A DNA stretch of 64,000 bases from Octopus sinensis (Eukaryota): NCBI RefSeq assembly GCF_006345805.1, contig NW_021833031.1, forward strand, positions 1-64,000, in the 5' to 3' direction. This document shows, piece by piece, positions 1 to 12,066 of this stretch (position 1 is its first letter; each line of letters starts with the position of its first letter). A program made the translations under genes and the position numbers. The notes below the pieces were generated by a model. It worked only from the letters and a program-made list of their open reading frames with translations. It ran no database searches and was not told the DNA's origin.

Positions 1-115
1 GAAGATTGAAAGCTTCGAATGTCCCGTCCGTGTTTTTTGTATCGTCTTCTAAATGTTTTGTGTTCTTGTCCCAGTTTGTATTTCTTTACACACACACATA
101 TATATATATATATAT

Positions 116-318
116 TTGTGTGTCTGTGTTTGTCCCCCAGAATCGCTTGACAACAGATGTTGGTGTGTTTACGTCCCTCTTACTTAGCGGTTCGGCAAAA
201 GAGATCTGATAGAATAAGTATTAGGCTTACAAAGAATAAGTCCTGGGGTCAAATTGCTCGACTAAAGGCGGTGCTCCAGCATGACCGCAGTCAAATGACT
301 GAAACAAATAAAAGAATT
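116..318 (+). mobile_element. 3' half of CORE-type tRNA-derived SINE (octopus OR-like family)
   Basis: Matches the downstream half of full copies at 43037, 45452 and 57086 (gtttgtcccc...cttgacaac...cttagcggttcggcaaaagag...gtcaaatgactgaaac). Confidence 0.8.
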
Positions 319-413
319 GAAGACTATATATATATACACACATACAAACACATATATATACATATATGACTACACACAGATTATGTATGTATGTATGTAT
401 GTATGTATGTATG

Positions 414-457
<44 letters not shown>

Positions 458-734
458 ATGTATGTATATATACATATATACAAACACATACACACACATA
501 AACACGTATATTTGGAAAATGAAGACTCACTCCATCCGCCCTCCCCTTTCCAATTTTCCAGAGAAATCAAGCTCTACTGATATGATTTCTATTTTAATAT
601 CTGTGAATACAATAACAAACTGTTGTTTCCAATAGAATGCAATGTAACATTGTCGTCGCTTTTTGCTTTAATGGTGTCTTGAATATTAAAACTAAAATCA
701 TCTGAGTGTCTGGGTTACATTTTTACTTACACGT

Positions 735-742
735 AATAATGA

Positions 743-784
<42 letters not shown>

Positions 785-854
785 CAAGAACAATAATAAT
801 AATAATAATAATAACAATAATAACAATAATAATAATAATAATAACAATAATAAC

Positions 855-889
<35 letters not shown>

Positions 890-962
890 CAACAACAATA
901 ATAATAATAATAATAACAATAATAACAATAATAATAATAATAATATAATAACAATATAAACA

Positions 963-998
<36 letters not shown>

Positions 999-1090
999 TG
1001 ATGATGATGATGATGATAATAATAATAATAATAATGATAATAATAATAATAACAATAATAATAATAAAATAATAATAATAACAATAATAC

Positions 1091-1131
<41 letters not shown>

Positions 1132-1200
1132 TAATAATAATAATAATAACACAAACAATAATAATAATAATAATAAACAATAATAATAATGATAATAATA

Positions 1201-1247
<47 letters not shown>

Positions 1248-1257
1248 TGATGAGATG

Positions 1258-1300
<43 letters not shown>

Positions 1301-1325
1301 TAATAATAATAATAATAATAATAAT
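735..1325. repeat. (AAT)n/(AAC)n microsatellite
   Basis: Direct reading; explains the poly-I/N/L/Y ORFs in the ORF track. Confidence 0.97.
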
Positions 1326-1532
1326 GATACTCTCTATGTAATCCCAAGGTTTAAACAAACTTTTTTTAAAAAATTTATGTATTAGACATTCACTAGTACA
1401 ACCAAAAAAAACCCCAAATATATGGCACACTAGGCATAACAACAACATGACTTCCAACCTGTTGTCTCTTTAGGTCTCTGGGTGAGACTTGGAGCCAACT
1501 TGTACAGACATAAAGCACAAGTCAAACATAGA
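1326..1532 (+). mobile_element. Probable 3' end (last codons plus 3' UTR) of an R4/Dong-like non-LTR element embedded in (AAT)n
   Basis: ~205-bp unique island flanked on both sides by AAT arrays; begins ata ctc tct atg taa (ILSM*), resembling the end of RLE-type ORFs. Family assignment is inference. Confidence 0.4.
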
Positions 1533-1543
1533 ATAATAATAAT

Positions 1544-1574
<31 letters not shown>

Positions 1575-1595
1575 TTAATAATAATATAATAATAA

Positions 1596-1667
<72 letters not shown>

Positions 1668-1668
1668 A
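1533..1668. repeat. (AAT)n then (GAT)n microsatellite
   Basis: Direct reading. Confidence 0.95.
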
Positions 1669-1844
1669 TGAAAGTTTACGAGTTGGAATTTTCTCGTTTG
1701 ATAATGTCAGTGTAGCATTTTAATGCTAGCTCCAGACAGAGAGCAGGTTGGGTCTTTGAGAGTTTGAGAAAGCACTGAAGTACAGACACAGGCACAGACA
1801 CATAGACACACTGACACACACACACACACACACACACACACTGA

Positions 1845-1885
<41 letters not shown>

Positions 1886-1990
1886 TTATATACATATGTA
1901 CAGTAAAATTCTTTGTACAATGTGTACGACTTCTTTTGCTATGTTTAAAGCTCTACCTAGATTCTTCATAATCCAGTCAGTTTTCAAACC

Positions 1991-2187
1991 GGCGAGCTGG
2001 CAGAAGCGTTAGCACGCCGGGCGAAGTGCTTACCGGTATTTCGTCTGTTTTTACGTTTTGAGTTCAAATTCGACTTTGCTTTTCATCCTTTCGAGGTCGA
2101 TTAAGTACCAGTTTCGTACTGGGGGCCATCTAATCGACTGGCTTCTCCACTAAAATTTCGTGCCTTGTGCCTAGAATAGAAAAGAAT
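1991..2187 (+). mobile_element. Meta-domain tRNA-derived SINE, monomer
   Basis: Head ggcgagctggcagaagcgttagc, gagttcaaattc B-box-like motif, Meta-like gctttcatcctttcgaggtcga..aagtaccag, tail ccttgtgcctagaatagaaaaga. Confidence 0.8.
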
Positions 2188-2199
2188 ATTTTAAGCTGG

Positions 2200-2935
2200 T
2201 GAGATGGCAGAACTGTTAGCACGCCGGGTGAAATGCTCACCGGTATTTCATCTGTCGTTACGTTGTGAGTTCAAATTCCGTCGAGGTCGACTTTGCCTTT
2301 CATCCTTTCGGGGTCGATAAATTAAATACCAGTCGATGTAATCGACTTAATACCTATGTCTGTCCTTGTTTGTCCCCTCTGTGTTTAGCCCCTTGTGGGC
2401 AGTAAAGAAATAGGTATTTCATCTGTCGTTACGTTGTGAGTTCAAATTCCGTCGAGGTCGACTTTGCCTTTCATCCTTTCGGGGTCGATAAATTAAGTAC
2501 CAGTCGATGTAATCGACTTAATACTTATGTCTGTCCTTGTTTGTCCCCTCTGTGTTTAGCCCCTTGTGGGTAATAAAGAAATAGGTATTTCATCTGTCGT
2601 TACGTTGTGAGTTCAAATTCCGCCGAGGTCGACTTTACTTTTCATCCTTTCGCGGTCGATAAATAAAGTACCAGTTACGCACTAGGGTCGATGTAATCGA
2701 CTTAATACCTATGTCTGTCCTTGTTTCTCCCCTCTATGTTTAGCCTCTTGTGGGTAATAAAGAAATAGGTATTTCATCTGTCTTTACGTTCTGGGTTCAA
2801 ATTCCGACGAAGTCGACTTTGCATTTCATCTTTTCGGTGTCGATTAATTAAGTACCACTTGCGTACTGGGGTCGATCTAATCGACTGGCCTCCTACCCGA
2901 AAATTTCGGACCTTGTGCCTAGAGTAGAAAAAGAT
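2200..2935 (+). mobile_element. Meta-domain SINE with four tandem body modules
   Basis: One head, then modules starting ggtatttcatctg at 2242, 2413, 2584 and 2768 (periods 171, 171, 184 bp), then one terminal tail. Confidence 0.85.
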
Positions 2936-3029
2936 CCAGTCAGCTTTTTGTAGAGTTGTAGAGTAACTCCTGTATTGAGTACTATTGCAAGTTATGAGCT
3001 ACGGAACAAATGAGCAAATATAGGAGACA

Positions 3030-3125
3030 TATGGCCTAGTGGTTAGAGCAGCGGACTCACGGTCGAGGGATCGCAAGTTCGAATCTCAGAAGGGGCGACG
3101 TGTGTGTTTATGAGCGAAGCACCTA
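3030..3125 (+). mobile_element. tRNA-like SINE head, truncated by (TA)n
   Basis: A box tggcctagtggttagagc, B box gttcgaatc; no acceptor stem closure, continues into SINE body. Confidence 0.7.
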
Positions 3126-3162
3126 TGTATATATGTATAATATATGTGTGTGTGTATTTATA

Positions 3163-3218
<56 letters not shown>

Positions 3219-3252
3219 CATACATACATATATATTATATATATATATATAT

Positions 3253-3294
<42 letters not shown>

Positions 3295-3879
3295 TCCTTT
3301 AGGTTCGCTTAGGGAAACGATTTGAATATGCGTATAAGCCCCCCCCCCCATACTTTATAATGCCGGCTACAGCCTAATGATGTCAACTGGCAATAACAGA
3401 GTTCAGGGTTGCATCGAGCTGTGCCAATATAATAATATAATATATAATAATAACAACAATGCATAGCTACGCACGTTTCCACAAATCACGCGTCCATTAA
3501 GATCACATATCGTCCATATTCCTGGGATGATTACAAAACAACCCTAAGTATCCAGGGACGTCGTGTAGATAATGTTGACGCATTCATTTTTTGAGGCCAT
3601 ATGACATTAACGGATGGTTGTTTATCACTTTTGACCGATGTGTATGTAAATATATATATATATACATATGATTATATACGCACACAAACACACACACACA
3701 CATATATATATATACGATGTTGGTAGTAGTAGTAGTAGTTGTTGTAGCAAAAACTGGAGAAAAGTACATTCGCCATTCCTTTCACTATCCCATTAAGACG
3801 GCTGCTTATTGAAGCCAAACCGATTTCACTTTGTTACCGGTTGATGCCAGGAAGAGAGATATGATGTGCGCGAGGTAAT

Positions 3880-4800
3880 TACAGAGGGATTATTTTCTAT
3901 CGTGGAAGGATTGAGTGTGATGAGTAGTGCAGCGCCTGGGGTGGTTTGGGTCGGCTGTAGGGTGGGGGGATAGTTGAACATGATTTGAGTGATGAAACGA
4001 GGAGAGCGAATCGAGAGTGGTCGAGTAGATGTGGTAAGAACTCAATAAGATCGGAGGAGCACAGAACGTTGTGGCAGAGGTGAATACGACAGAGGAGAGG
4101 AAACAATGTCTGTGGGTGTTTGATCAGAGATTGTCACGTGTCTTGATTGCAGAATTTTATGAAAGGATGCTTTGTTTGAAGGTGTTTGTAAGGAAATCGC
4201 TATGATCGATGGCTTTGCTAAACTGAAGTGACTCGAGGTTCTTCCGTATCTTGGTATGTTAGTTCGCACGCTGGTCACTCTGGTCGGAATAGAAGGCAGG
4301 CATTGTGGAGGAGACTTAACTAGCCTATCGTGTAGAAGTGGTTGCACTGATGGCAGTAAAGGTTGAGTCTTGTCGAGTATTTTTCAAAATGCCAATTGCC
4401 TGCTTGAGTATTCTTTAGAACACTCGCTGACACTGCTCGTACTTATAAATACTCCCGTGGTTATTGGTCAAAGAGCCATTATGGTTGAGAACTATAAATA
4501 AGAATGATTCTGCAAATTATTGGGTATCTTTGTGGAAAGGGAATGAAAGAATCAGTTAAGGGACCATGAGATTTTGTTGTGTAGGTGTGATAGAGAAACA
4601 TATTTAGGAAGATGGTTCCATTGCTTTGCATAAATGCTCCGATGAAGCACATGGGCTACCAGAGATAGTTTGCATAGAAATGTTAGGTCTCGGTCAACCA
4701 GACTGACTTGAAGATTCGTTGGAGGGCTTCTGTGTTGGCTGTCAATGTGTACTGAGTCGTCGCAATAAGGCAGCAGTCTGACAATTCCAGTGATCTGGTA
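3880..4800 (-). mobile_element. Possible highly decayed retroelement coding remnant
   Basis: Higher GC than flanks, strong strand bias, broken ORFs (4042-4347) only weakly reminiscent of an RT-to-endonuclease linker; no diagnostic motif. Confidence 0.25.
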
Positions 4801-5859
4801 GAGTTTGAAGTTTAGAGGTGAGAAAGAGACCTAGAGCGTTTGGAGTGTCTCCGTGTTCGTTGCAAATGCTTGAGTGTTACCCATATTGGACACATCTCAT
4901 TAGTTCTAACCAGAAAAAAAGTAAAGTAACCTTGAAATTAAAAGTAAAGAAATACACAGAAATTATGCAGAGTGTCCCATATTTCTATAGACATTGCTAA
5001 CGGATCATAACGGAAGAATATGATATTATTTCATGTGTCACAGACAAGTTCAAATGGCTGAACCCATATTCCTCTAGGTCACAGACATTTCATTAGTCGG
5101 ACATGATTAATGAGCGACGGATCAGAAGACAATCCATTCTCTGTCAATATATCGGCAGATCTTCAATATGGCTGCGTACAATCAATCTATAGCGTTCAAG
5201 TTCTTATACGACACACATTAAGCATATACGCAAACCCGTCAGCTTTTATGCGTACACAAAGACACACAACCATACGGAAATATGGAACACACATACAAAC
5301 GCACACATACTAACAGTAATGAAGCGCACACATTTGTGTATTAAAGAGACATGCGTACCTTCTGACACAAGATTAAGTTTAGCCACGAGTAGACTAACAT
5401 AGGCGCCTCACACACACACACACGTATTTGTGCACAGCAACCAATAGAAATATCACAAATAGCGACAGCTGCTTTGACTTAAACAAAAGAGTCTTGTCAC
5501 TTTCTTAGTGACTGGCTTGACTTCTGCTAAGGAAAAAAACAAGTAAACTTAAATAAACCCCAAAGAAAAACAAGGAAACCAGCTCCTTCCTTCTGGTAGA
5601 AATCCTAACATAAAAAAAGGGAAAGAAACACAGACACACCAATTGGTTACGTTTAGTATTGGCAATGAGAAAAGGATAATTAAATGCAAAATGTAGAGTA
5701 TATATAATCGTTTATTGGTAGGAAATAATCAAAGGTCTAAAGTTTCGTGGAGAAGTACTTGTTAACCTTAAGCAATGTACTGGCACGAAAAGCTAATCCT
5801 TTCAGTAAATCTTGTAGCAATATCAACTGCTAAAAGATTACATACATACATACATGCAT

Positions 5860-5955
<96 letters not shown>

Positions 5956-6005
5956 CATACAATGGAACCTTGGGAGGGGCATTATGCATAGCAAATACAA
6001 ATACG

Positions 6006-6049
<44 letters not shown>

Positions 6050-6069
6050 GTACATATAATTGATCGCTA

Positions 6070-6246
6070 GCCACTAAACCTTTTTTTGTTTTATTTCCTC
6101 TCCCTGCTTATTTCTGTGTTCCTTTCTGTTGAAGAGCGTAGGCTCGAAATGTAAAATACTTTCTCACCTTCTCGAACGTTAAACTAATGCAACTGTTTGT
6201 TGTTCACACACACGTCTTCATCTTTTGCTTTTTTTTTTTATAAATT

Positions 6247-6250
<4 letters not shown>
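6070..6250 (+). mobile_element. Penelope-like terminal (tail) repeat with degenerate hammerhead motif
   Basis: ttt-CTGTTGA-A-GAGC-gtag-GCTC-GAAAT-GTA-aaa at 6123-6156; pyrimidine-rich tail between TA tracts. Confidence 0.55.
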
Positions 6251-6289
<39 letters not shown>

Positions 6290-6526
6290 CAAAATAAGAT
6301 TATTAATGTTTGCAACATTATACCATAAATGAAGATTATAGTCGCCAACTAAACTTGAATAAGGGTGTGAATAACACCTACATTGCTAGAAAGAGGAGTT
6401 AAACTGCTCCAATGCTTTACCGTAAAAGAAAATCATTGTCGTCAACAACATTGGAACGCCTTAGTTCCTAATTCTAGCAATGTGGGTGTTGTTTACACAT
6501 TTAGTCAAGTTTAGCTGACGACTATA

Positions 6527-6601
<75 letters not shown>

Positions 6602-7704
6602 TGTGAGTGTGTGTGTGTGTGTGTATGTGTGTATATGTATATATGTATGTACGTGTCTATATATGTATGTATAAATTATTTATTTATTGCAATTATTTCC
6701 ACTTCCAGAAAGAGTTGATTAAACGTTTGATGCTAATTCATATCAATTTCATATGAAGTAGAAGAGATAATCTCGATGATCTAGAATAATCCAAAACTGA
6801 CGTGCCCAACAAGAAAATCCCGACTACCGGAAGACAAGATCACAGATGTTGATATGTGTTTCTTCCTCGATAAGTGTCAGCAGCACAGCAACTGGATTAC
6901 CTTAACTCCAGCAGATGAAACACTCAATGTATAGAAAGTCTGTAGAGATAAACTAAACAAGTAATATCTCATGAAATACCACTTTCCAGAGCAACAATCA
7001 AGTACTTTACGTTGGGAATATGAAAACCGTAAAAATTATTTCAGAATCAGAAAATATCAATTATGGTTTTGGGTGGATAATTAACATCATTACAAGAATG
7101 ACCATGGAATTCAATTACGTAGTCGAATGGTTGAGCAAACAAATATAATGCAAAGACAGTTCTCTGGAATGGAATTTTAGTATTCTTTCCTATCGATTTG
7201 GCTGTGAGTTATTGATATCTATCACTCGCTGTGTCTTTTTCCTAATTTCTCCAACAAAATCAATTTATACCCACGTGATCAAGCCAGAATTTTAAGGGAA
7301 GGCCGAAATATAATCAACGGATCTGTCGATTATGTTTCTCTTCCTATGACAATTTCAAAACTTATTTTCCTAAACGCCGGATAATATTGTAGCCAATCCT
7401 AATCACAGCATTACAGCGACATCTGGTGGCTGTTGTTCACATCTTCAAGTAAACAAAAATTATACTCAGTTAATGAGAAATTTTACTAATGAACATCGCG
7501 CAATAATAAGAAAATAACAGCCACCACCGCCGCCGCCGCCACCACCCCGACGACCACCACGACGACCACCACCACGACTTCGACGACGACGACGACGACG
7601 ACCACCACCACCACCACCATTGACGACGAAGACAACAACAACGACTGTATTATTATTATATCAGTAATAATTGTTATTACTTATAATATTACGAATTCTT
7701 CAAG

Positions 7705-7885
7705 TACGGCAGTGAGTTAGCAGATTCGTTAGCACACCGGACAAAGTGTCACTAAGCATTTTGTCCGTTTTTACGCTCCGAGTTCAAATTCCTCTGAAGC
7801 CGAATTTACCTTTCATTCTTTCGGGATCAATGAAATAAACCCTATTTTAGCATTAGGGCCACGTAATCGACTTACCTCTCCTCCA
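7705..7885 (+). mobile_element. Meta-domain SINE, diverged
   Basis: ggcagtgagttagcagattcgttagcacaccgg...gagttcaaattcc...tttcattctttcgggatcaat. Confidence 0.7.
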
Positions 7886-7929
7886 TATTAGTCTTGTCTC
7901 AATGATTGTTATAATACTGATAATTATTA

Positions 7930-8122
7930 TCATTACCTCCGCCTTAGTGAAGGCGGAGGTATTGTTTTCAGTCGCCTTTGTTTGTCCGTGGACAAGGTAT
8001 CTCAAGAACCGCCGGATAGATTCGGATGTATCTTTCAGGGATATTTCGCCTCGTGACTGGCACGAACTGATTAGATTTTGGAATCGATTCGGTACCAGAT
8101 AAAGATTCTGGATAAGGATTCT
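7930..8122 (+). mobile_element. Helentron/DINE-like non-autonomous element, 5' part
   Basis: Perfect 12-bp hairpin tacctccgcctt-agtg-aaggcggaggta (7934-7961) followed by gtttgtccgtg and atctcaagaaccg..gattcggatg, the layout of HINE/DINE-1-type ends. Confidence 0.6.
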
Positions 8123-8788
8123 GGTCGGAAATAAGGTAAAGGATGAGTCGTCCGTGAAAATAACATTCTACCACTGCTCTAGGGACCAATTCTGTAGGTT
8201 TTTACTCCACTCTAAATGTTTTGAAACATTTGTTTTTGAAAGTAATTGTTTTCTGATTGCAGCCCACCCGTGAAATCTGGCTTTGTGTAGCTCCCCGCGA
8301 ACAGTTTTTATGGAAACAGGGTTCTCGAGGTGGTCATTAAGCTCTGCAGTAATTTTGGGAGCTGTATCTTTGTGATCATTTCTAACAATTCGCGTACGAG
8401 TCCGACAATCTCTATGTGAATGTCTTGGTTTTCTTCCGAACTTTCGTATCGACGAGGAGGTTTTTCTCTCTTTCTCAAAGGCTCTCACTTTCGAGACAGT
8501 ACTTCTTGATGCACCAAACATTTCGGCTGTTTTAATTACGCTAGCGCTTGCCATATGAGCACCAACAATTTGACCTCTTTGAAAGTCCGATAGATCTGTC
8601 ATTTTAATGAATTTTAATTCCCTTTTTTTGATGATCTCTGAAAAGAAACAGCAATTTTAGCAAAACATATTAAGCAACACTAATAATAAATAAAAAAACA
8701 TAAAAATAAACACGCTTTTGACGGTTTTATAGATATATTTCAAAATTATGGTGCTATGATGCTAGGTGTTTCCATTATTTTGTCCAAC

Positions 8789-8791
<3 letters not shown>
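8123..8791 (-). mobile_element. Tc1-family transposon, 5' half, with disrupted transposase
   Basis: ORF 8602-8168 MTDLSDFQRGQIVGA...GRKPR...VSIKTVRGELH..F...AAIRKQLLSKTN...LEW (Tc1 paired-like DNA-binding region), in-frame stop, then NVIFTDDSSF (first D of DDE). Left TIR-like aggggttggacaaaataatggaaacac next to TA tract at ~8791. Confidence 0.9.
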
Positions 8792-8831
<40 letters not shown>

Positions 8832-9084
8832 TATAAACATCCACATAGACATATACACATTTACACATGCACACACGCACACACACTCACACGTATATAA
8901 CATACGTACACTTAATACTTTTAATACTATAGAAGAGGCAACACTGTCTTCTGTCTGTAAACGCCTTGTATAATTTATATCTAAAATCTTCAACGTTAAT
9001 TTACAACTTTTAGTATGTGTACACACACACACACACACGCGCGCAGAAATCTATTCTCTCTCACACATACATACATATATGTAC

Positions 9085-9145
<61 letters not shown>

Positions 9146-9274
9146 AAGAAAGAAGTGGGAGGTAGAGAATAAAGCGAGAGAATAATATTCTGCCTGTTGT
9201 GGTCGGCCAATTCTCTCACGTGGTCGGCCCCACATCGTCATTGCTTAATTTCAATAATAATATTTAGCATAAGA

Positions 9275-9460
9275 GAAAAGATGGCCGCCGAGGTGGTCTA
9301 CTGGCAGAATGTCGGATTAAATACTCACCGGTTGCTGAATCGTTGGTAAGTGAATGTTGTCATTTTATGTCTCTTTTGAGTTCACTTGGCTGGCGGCCAT
9401 TACATTGTCCGTACTGTAATCACCTATTCGAGTCATATATTCAATTAGTTCTAACACCTC
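9275..9460 (+). mobile_element. Meta-domain SINE, decayed
   Basis: ctggcagaat..ggattaaatactcaccggt...ttttgagttca...ccattacattg. Confidence 0.5.
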
Positions 9461-9974
9461 TTTACGGTTATAGCTTTCTGCCAAAGTATACGACTTCATC
9501 ATGTACACCACCACGACCACCACGACCACCACCACGACCACCACCACCACAACCACCACAACTACCACCACCCACACCACTACCACCACCCACACCACCA
9601 CCACCACAACCAACACCGCCGCTACTGCTGCTGTCTTCGGCGTCGTCATCATCATCGTCAGCAGCAGCTCTATATCCGTCGATATCATCATGGGCGAATC
9701 TACAAATGCCTATCATCTCTTGTCGTTCAAAATGGCGAATGATTGCGATCGATCGATCGATGCTAAAGACTCGAATGTATCCCCAAATGGAAGATGGGCT
9801 GATAATGTCTTGGGTAATATTTGAACAATGTAGTTAGGTTACAAAATAATTCGCCTTCGTGTAGACATTGTCAAGTGTAGACAAACACAATAACTGCACG
9901 AAACGAACTCTAAAATATTTCTGCATAATCAAAAGTCAATTAGTAAAACATCCACATAAATACGCGACATTTCA

Positions 9975-10024
9975 CAATAAAAATGATTATATAAATAATG
10001 ATAAAAATAATAATAATAGTAATG

Positions 10025-10073
<49 letters not shown>

Positions 10074-10075
10074 TG

Positions 10076-10123
<48 letters not shown>

Positions 10124-10447
10124 GCAATAATAATAATGATAATAATAATAATAATGATAATAATAATGATAATAGTAGTAGTTGTAGTAGTAGTAGTAGT
10201 AATAGTAATAATGATGATGATGATGATAATAATAATAATAATAATGATAATAACGATAATATAAAAGTAGTAGAAGCAGTAGTAGAAGTAACACTAATAG
10301 TATTAATAATGATAATAATAATAATAATGATAATAATAATAATAATGATAATAATATTAATAATAATAATAATGATAATAATAATAATAATGATAATAAT
10401 AATAATAATGATAATGATAATAATAATGATAATAATAATGATAATAA

Positions 10448-10494
<47 letters not shown>

Positions 10495-10497
10495 ATG

Positions 10498-10560
<63 letters not shown>
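9975..10560. repeat. (AAT)n/(AGT)n/(GAT)n compound microsatellite
   Basis: Direct reading. Confidence 0.97.
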
Positions 10561-10564
<4 letters not shown>

Positions 10565-10690
10565 CAAAGGTTATCCCTATTGTCATCGGAGTACTGGGTT
10601 CAATACCACCCAATCCGAAAAAAACCCATCTGTGTTGCAAAAGTCGGTCATACTTGGAACTGCAAGGTGATGCGCTGCTTATCTTGATAT
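10561..10690 (+). mobile_element. R4/Dong-like non-LTR element C-terminal fragment (restriction-like endonuclease region)
   Basis: TKVIPIVIGVLGSIP in one frame and LQKSVILGTAR (10635-10667) in another, matching the V.PIVIGALG...LQK..LLGTA C-terminal signature; starts directly at the end of (AAT)n. Confidence 0.7.
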
Positions 10691-10854
10691 GAGATCACCA
10701 TGTTGCGTATATCTGATTATGATGGATATACCTGGTGTACCCTTGGGAGAAGTGTAATTATCGTAGGTACATAAGCTTCATATATTTGTAGCCCAGCGTC
10801 TCTCCGATGCCGTGTACTGCTCTGTCACTTCAACATTAATGATCCTCTTTATGA

Positions 10855-11010
10855 TAGGTATAGGGCCTAAAATATTGGAGGAAGGGGTCTAGACAATCAT
10901 AGCGACCCCAGTGCTTAACTGGTGCAGATTTTATCGACTCCGAGGGGACGAAAGTCAAAATTGACCCCGGTGGAATTTGAACTTCGAAAAGTAAAGCCAA
11001 ATGAAATGCC
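10855..11010 (-). mobile_element. Meta-domain SINE, partial
   Basis: Reverse complement of body and tail (gaccccagtg..actggt..tttatcgactccga..aaagtcaaaattgacccc..gaatttgaact). Confidence 0.7.
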
Positions 11011-11094
11011 CCTTACTGTATCTCTATATCTTTTTTCCTCACTGTCTGTATGTCGTGTAACGTTCATGTATTCATTGCCTGCCACCAAGCCTAG

Positions 11095-11270
11095 CTTTCA
11101 GAGAGATTCTGTGGGACACAGAATGCGACAAGGCCGGCCCCTTTGAATTACAGGTACTACTCGTTTTAGTTAGCTGAGAGACCTGGAACAACGTGAAAGA
11201 AACTGTCTTGGTGAAGGACACAACGCGCACGACCTTATGAACGTGAGCTGAATACATACCCATAACTACT
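11095..11270 (-). mobile_element. Third tRNA-derived SINE family (OK-like), partial
   Basis: gacaaggccggcccctttgaattacaggtac...ggaacaacgtgaaa..tgtcttgg..aaggacacaacgc is the reverse complement of the 23215 copy type. Confidence 0.65.
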
Positions 11271-11284
11271 AAGCCATGTGCCTT

Positions 11285-11342
<58 letters not shown>

Positions 11343-11539
11343 ATATTTATAAAAAAAGAAAAATAAATAAATAAAATAATATATAAATATAAAAATATAC
11401 ATACATACGTTTATTGGCTAAACTGGCAAAATGACCATTCCTAAATACAACAATATACATACATATATATATATACATTTGTATATATATATTTAAAATT
11501 TATAATTTTAAATTATTTAAATATTTTTTTAATTTTTAA

Positions 11540-11720
11540 CTTTTATATTTTAAAATTAATTTTATGTATTGGCTTATGTTTTTCACTGTTTGATTTGCCT
11601 AATAGTGGTTTTATCTCTGATTTAATATAGTATAATATAATAATATATTTATACTATAAAATTGGATTTAATCCTAAATCTAATTTTTCCCTGTAAGTTT
11701 GGATTTATTCCCTAATATTA

Positions 11721-11722
<2 letters not shown>
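11540..11722 (+). mobile_element. Remnant of the same Penelope-like tail family as 54260-54420
   Basis: ttttatgtattg...aatagtggttttatctct...ataaaattggatttaatcctaaatctaatttttccctgtaagtttggatttattccctaatatt closely matches 54270-54415. Confidence 0.65.
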
Positions 11723-11759
<37 letters not shown>

Positions 11760-11799
11760 TTATATATATATATATATTATATATATATATATAATATAT

Positions 11800-12028
11800 A
11801 CAAAACGACCTCGAACACACAAGTGCAAACAAGGGAGTCAGAGAAAGGCAGAATGCTACTTATATCTGAACACTACTACAGAAATATTCTTTTAAAAAAA
11901 CTTTTCTTCTAATTTTTCTAAATTTAATTATTTAATCGTTACAGTTGAAAAGGTCTCAAAATGACCGAAACCGGTACTGAAAGATTCACTATAAAATTAT
12001 CTTAGCATTTTCTATTTTTGACTTGTTT

Positions 12029-12035
<7 letters not shown>
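11800..12035 (+). mobile_element. Penelope-like tail with decayed hammerhead motif
   Basis: cag-TTGAAAA-GGTC-tcaaaat-GACC-GAAAC-CG-GTA-ctg (11942-11979). Confidence 0.55.

Positions 12036-12064
<29 letters not shown>

Positions 12065-12066
<2 letters not shown>

Noticed and set aside
3030-3100. Genuine tRNA genes (also 23852-23931, 33400-33460)
   Set aside because: A/B boxes are present but the cloverleaves are incomplete and run into SINE bodies
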